This document shows positions 61,770-64,000 of a DNA stretch of 64,000 bases, in pieces. A program made the translations under genes and the position numbers. The number at the start of each line of letters is the position of its first letter. Position 1 is the first letter of the stretch. Below the pieces are notes generated by a model, which was not told the DNA's origin, ran no database searches, and was given only the letters and a program-made list of their open reading frames with translations. The stretch is from positions 434,001 to 498,000 of the forward strand of contig JBLWGC010000104.1 in NCBI GenBank assembly GCA_048772705.1, in the 5' to 3' direction. Origin of the DNA: Leidyana gryllorum EB-2025a. Its lineage: Eukaryota; Protista; Apicomplexa.

Positions 61770-62945
61770 CTAATTGGCGTCGACTGCCTTAGCAGCGAGA
61801 GCAGCGTGGACGGCCTCCTGATTGATCTCCTCGGGCACTTCCTTACCCTTGAAGATCTTTCTCAGACTCATTGTAGCTGCCACTTGATACATCGGGAACC
61901 AGGCGTTCAGCTGAAGCTCGGCGGCTTGGTTCCTGAGCCAGTAGGGGTCTTTGAGCATAGCTCTGCCAACTCCAACGAGGTCAGCCTTCCCATCCTCGAT
62001 GATCGCAGCAGCGTCAACGAGCTGAGTGATCATCCCAACAGCGATCACCGGAATGTTCGCCTCTCTTCTGACCTTTTCAGCCAGAGGGATTTGGAATTGG
62101 GGAGTGGAGGGGAACTGCTGCTTAGAATTGTTGCCACCGCTGCTGACGTGAGCCACATCCACACCAATCTCCTTCAGTTTTCTCGCGTAGACCACCGCGT
62201 CATCGACGTCGAAACCTCCTTCAACCCACTCAGTGGCGGAGAAACGCACAATGAGAGGCATCGAAGGTGGGAGAGCTTCGCGAACTGCTTTGCACACCTC
62301 CAAGGGGAACCGCAAACGGTTCTCCAGACTTCCGCCATAGGCATCAGTACGGGTGTTCGAGAGCGGACTAGTGAAGGACGAAAGGAGGTAGCCATGGGCT
62401 GAGTGGATTTCGATGGCATCAAATCCAGCTTTGACACATCTCGTAGCCGCAGCCACAAACATGTCGCGGACCTCTTCCATATCCTCGCGAGTCATTTCAC
62501 GGGGGGCGTGATAGTGCTCATCGAAGGCAATGGCGCTGGGGCCAATACACTCGGAACCGTATTGGTCTTCAGCCGTAAGGTGAACGGGATTGGGCACCAT
62601 ACAGTTCACACAAGTCGCCTTCCGGCCACCGTGCGCAATCTGAATGGCAGTTTTGGAGTGGCTGTTCTCGTGTATGTAATCATTGATACGTTTGAGCGGG
62701 GCAATACAAGCATCGCTGAAAACTCCCATATCGCCGGGCTGCAGACGGCCGCGATAGTCCACAGGTGCTGCCTCTAAGATGATCAGACCAGCTCCACCCA
62801 TAGCGAAACCCCCGTAGTGCACGAGATGACGGTCGTTAGGCTCATTGGTTACTGGATCAGACAACCAAGTGCACATCGGCGGTACCACAATGCGGTTGGG
62901 AATCTCAAGCCCGCGGATTTTCCATGATTGCAGAGCAGCGGACAT
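61770..62945 (-). CDS. NADH:flavin oxidoreductase / old yellow enzyme, YqjM(NamA)-like, intronless
   Basis: IPNRIVVPPMC, IQIAHGGRKA, AGFDAIEIHSAHGYLLSSFTSPLSNTRTDAYGGSLENRLRF, VGRAMLKDPYW. Confidence 0.95.
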   Translation of the reverse strand: MSAALQSWKIRGLEIPNRIVVPPMCTWLSDPVTNEPNDRHLVHYGGFAMGGAGLIILEAAPVDYRGRLQPGDMGVFSDACIAPLKRINDYIHENSHSKTAIQIAHGGRKATCVNCMVPNPVHLTAEDQYGSECIGPSAIAFDEHYHAPREMTREDMEEVRDMFVAAATRCVKAGFDAIEIHSAHGYLLSSFTSPLSNTRTDAYGGSLENRLRFPLEVCKAVREALPPSMPLIVRFSATEWVEGGFDVDDAVVYARKLKEIGVDVAHVSSGGNNSKQQFPSTPQFQIPLAEKVRREANIPVIAVGMITQLVDAAAIIEDGKADLVGVGRAMLKDPYWLRNQAAELQLNAWFPMYQVAATMSLRKIFKGKEVPEEINQEAVHAALAAKAVDAN

Positions 62946-64000
62946 CTTGATAAGTGTTGAAGGACTAGTGGGTTCGAATCACACTTCTTTTTTTGCCACT
63001 AAGCTTTTGGGACATGTTTGGGACAGCCGTCGGGACAGTGTTTGGGTCATCAATGTCCCTTTCCGAAGTGTGTTGTGGACAGTCTCGCTAACTAGGAAGG
63101 CTTCGCATTTGGCATTATGCCTGGAGTAGTCAGAGCGAGATTCATGGTGGGGAGGGAGGCAGGCAGGTTTGTGCAACCCGCAAAGGAGATAGAGGTACAA
63201 CGTCCTTCCTATGTCTGAATGTGTGATGATGGACTTCCCAAGAGCATATATACTGGTTGATTATGTTTAGAAAGTGCTGATGAACCTGGCCATCGATGGA
63301 GAGCTCCCATGATCGACGGGATTTATGACTAGATGCATTGGATCCAGAAAACTTCCCTGTTGCTTATCTTATGTTGGCAGAGGCCACCCTCTCGCGGGTG
63401 TACCTTTCCTGCCGGGCACCTCAGACAGTAGGCTGCAAGCATAACTTAAGCTCAAAGCGCTTCGAAGCCCAGGCGAGCAGCTATTGAGCGGCAGCAGCTG
63501 CAGCAGCGGCCCTCAGCAACCGGCTTATCGGCCGAGAGACAACATTTGTGCCTTCCTCGGGTCCCTCCATGGGTGTCTGCAGATTGGGAGACCATGTCTT
63601 TGAAGTTTTGAAGCGGATGTGTCACTTACCATGAAGCCCTTCAGGACAGGAATAGGATCGAGTTTGAGGCGGCGTCCTTTAGATAGCTTCCGGTCCTCTT
63701 TCGAACCTGATGCAGATTGGGCAGTTGGGATGAGTATGAGGAGGATGTGGGCTTACGGGAGCTGGGAGTCCGTCGTTGTTGAAGTAGAGCTACAGAGGCA
63801 CTGGCAGCAGGCGAGGTTTTCAACGACGCGTCGTCTCCCTTGACGAAGCGGCGTAGCAAGAAAGAATAATACTCCGCGTCGTCATAGACCATCGTCTGGC
63901 CAACTACCTCCTGTCCAATACCTGCAGACGGTTTCCAGTCGGTCTGACTGGCTGCAAAGGAGCGACAAAAGTCGAGTCCTTTCATAAACTCCTCTGTCTG

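Noticed and set aside
1-64000. CRISPR array, rRNA, tRNA or transposon
   Set aside because: No regularly spaced repeats, cloverleaf, rRNA signature or RT/transposase motif seen. Repeats are limited to microsatellites ((CA)n, (CAGT)n, (CTCG)n, (CAG)n), short local duplications and gene duplicates.
1-64000. Prokaryotic operon reading, or alternative genetic code to explain broken ORFs
   Set aside because: Outside the OYE pseudogene, the breaks I checked are resolved by canonical GT-AG introns, and the ribosomal proteins are eukaryotic.

Overview
Gene-dense eukaryotic DNA with many short GT-AG introns (mostly 40-60 nt) and very small intergenic gaps. An IMP1-like gene, a ROM4/5-type rhomboid and acidic-tailed vWA adhesins point to an apicomplexan, most plausibly a gregarine (inference). 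I reconstructed about 35 genes by splicing the ORF track by eye. They include RPS8, RPS14, RPL30, RRP7-like, RAD54, TFIIH p44, SMU1, DNMT2, a bacterial-type citrate synthase, an acyl-CoA synthetase, an M14 carboxypeptidase, a UNC-93-like transporter, a DeSI/PPPDE peptidase, two F-box/LRR proteins, two PUB proteins, a Nudix hydrolase, a RING E3 ligase and an old-yellow-enzyme (OYE) gene with a tandem pseudogene. Five observations stand out. (1) A tandem pair of paralogs (14.9-17.6 kb) carries a shared helical domain I cannot assign and three CxxC..YxCxNxxC..[IV]GW zinc ribbons; the full architecture appears only after splicing. (2) A cysteine-desulfurase-like domain is fused to a TtcA-type tRNA thiolase. 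(3) Two integrin-beta-like adhesins have TRAP-like tails. (4) A nucleoredoxin is fused to a PUB domain. (5) The bacterial-type OYE duplicate has a nearly identical core but decayed ends. No rRNA, tRNA, CRISPR array or transposon could be supported. No database searches were run, so all family calls rest on motif recognition.
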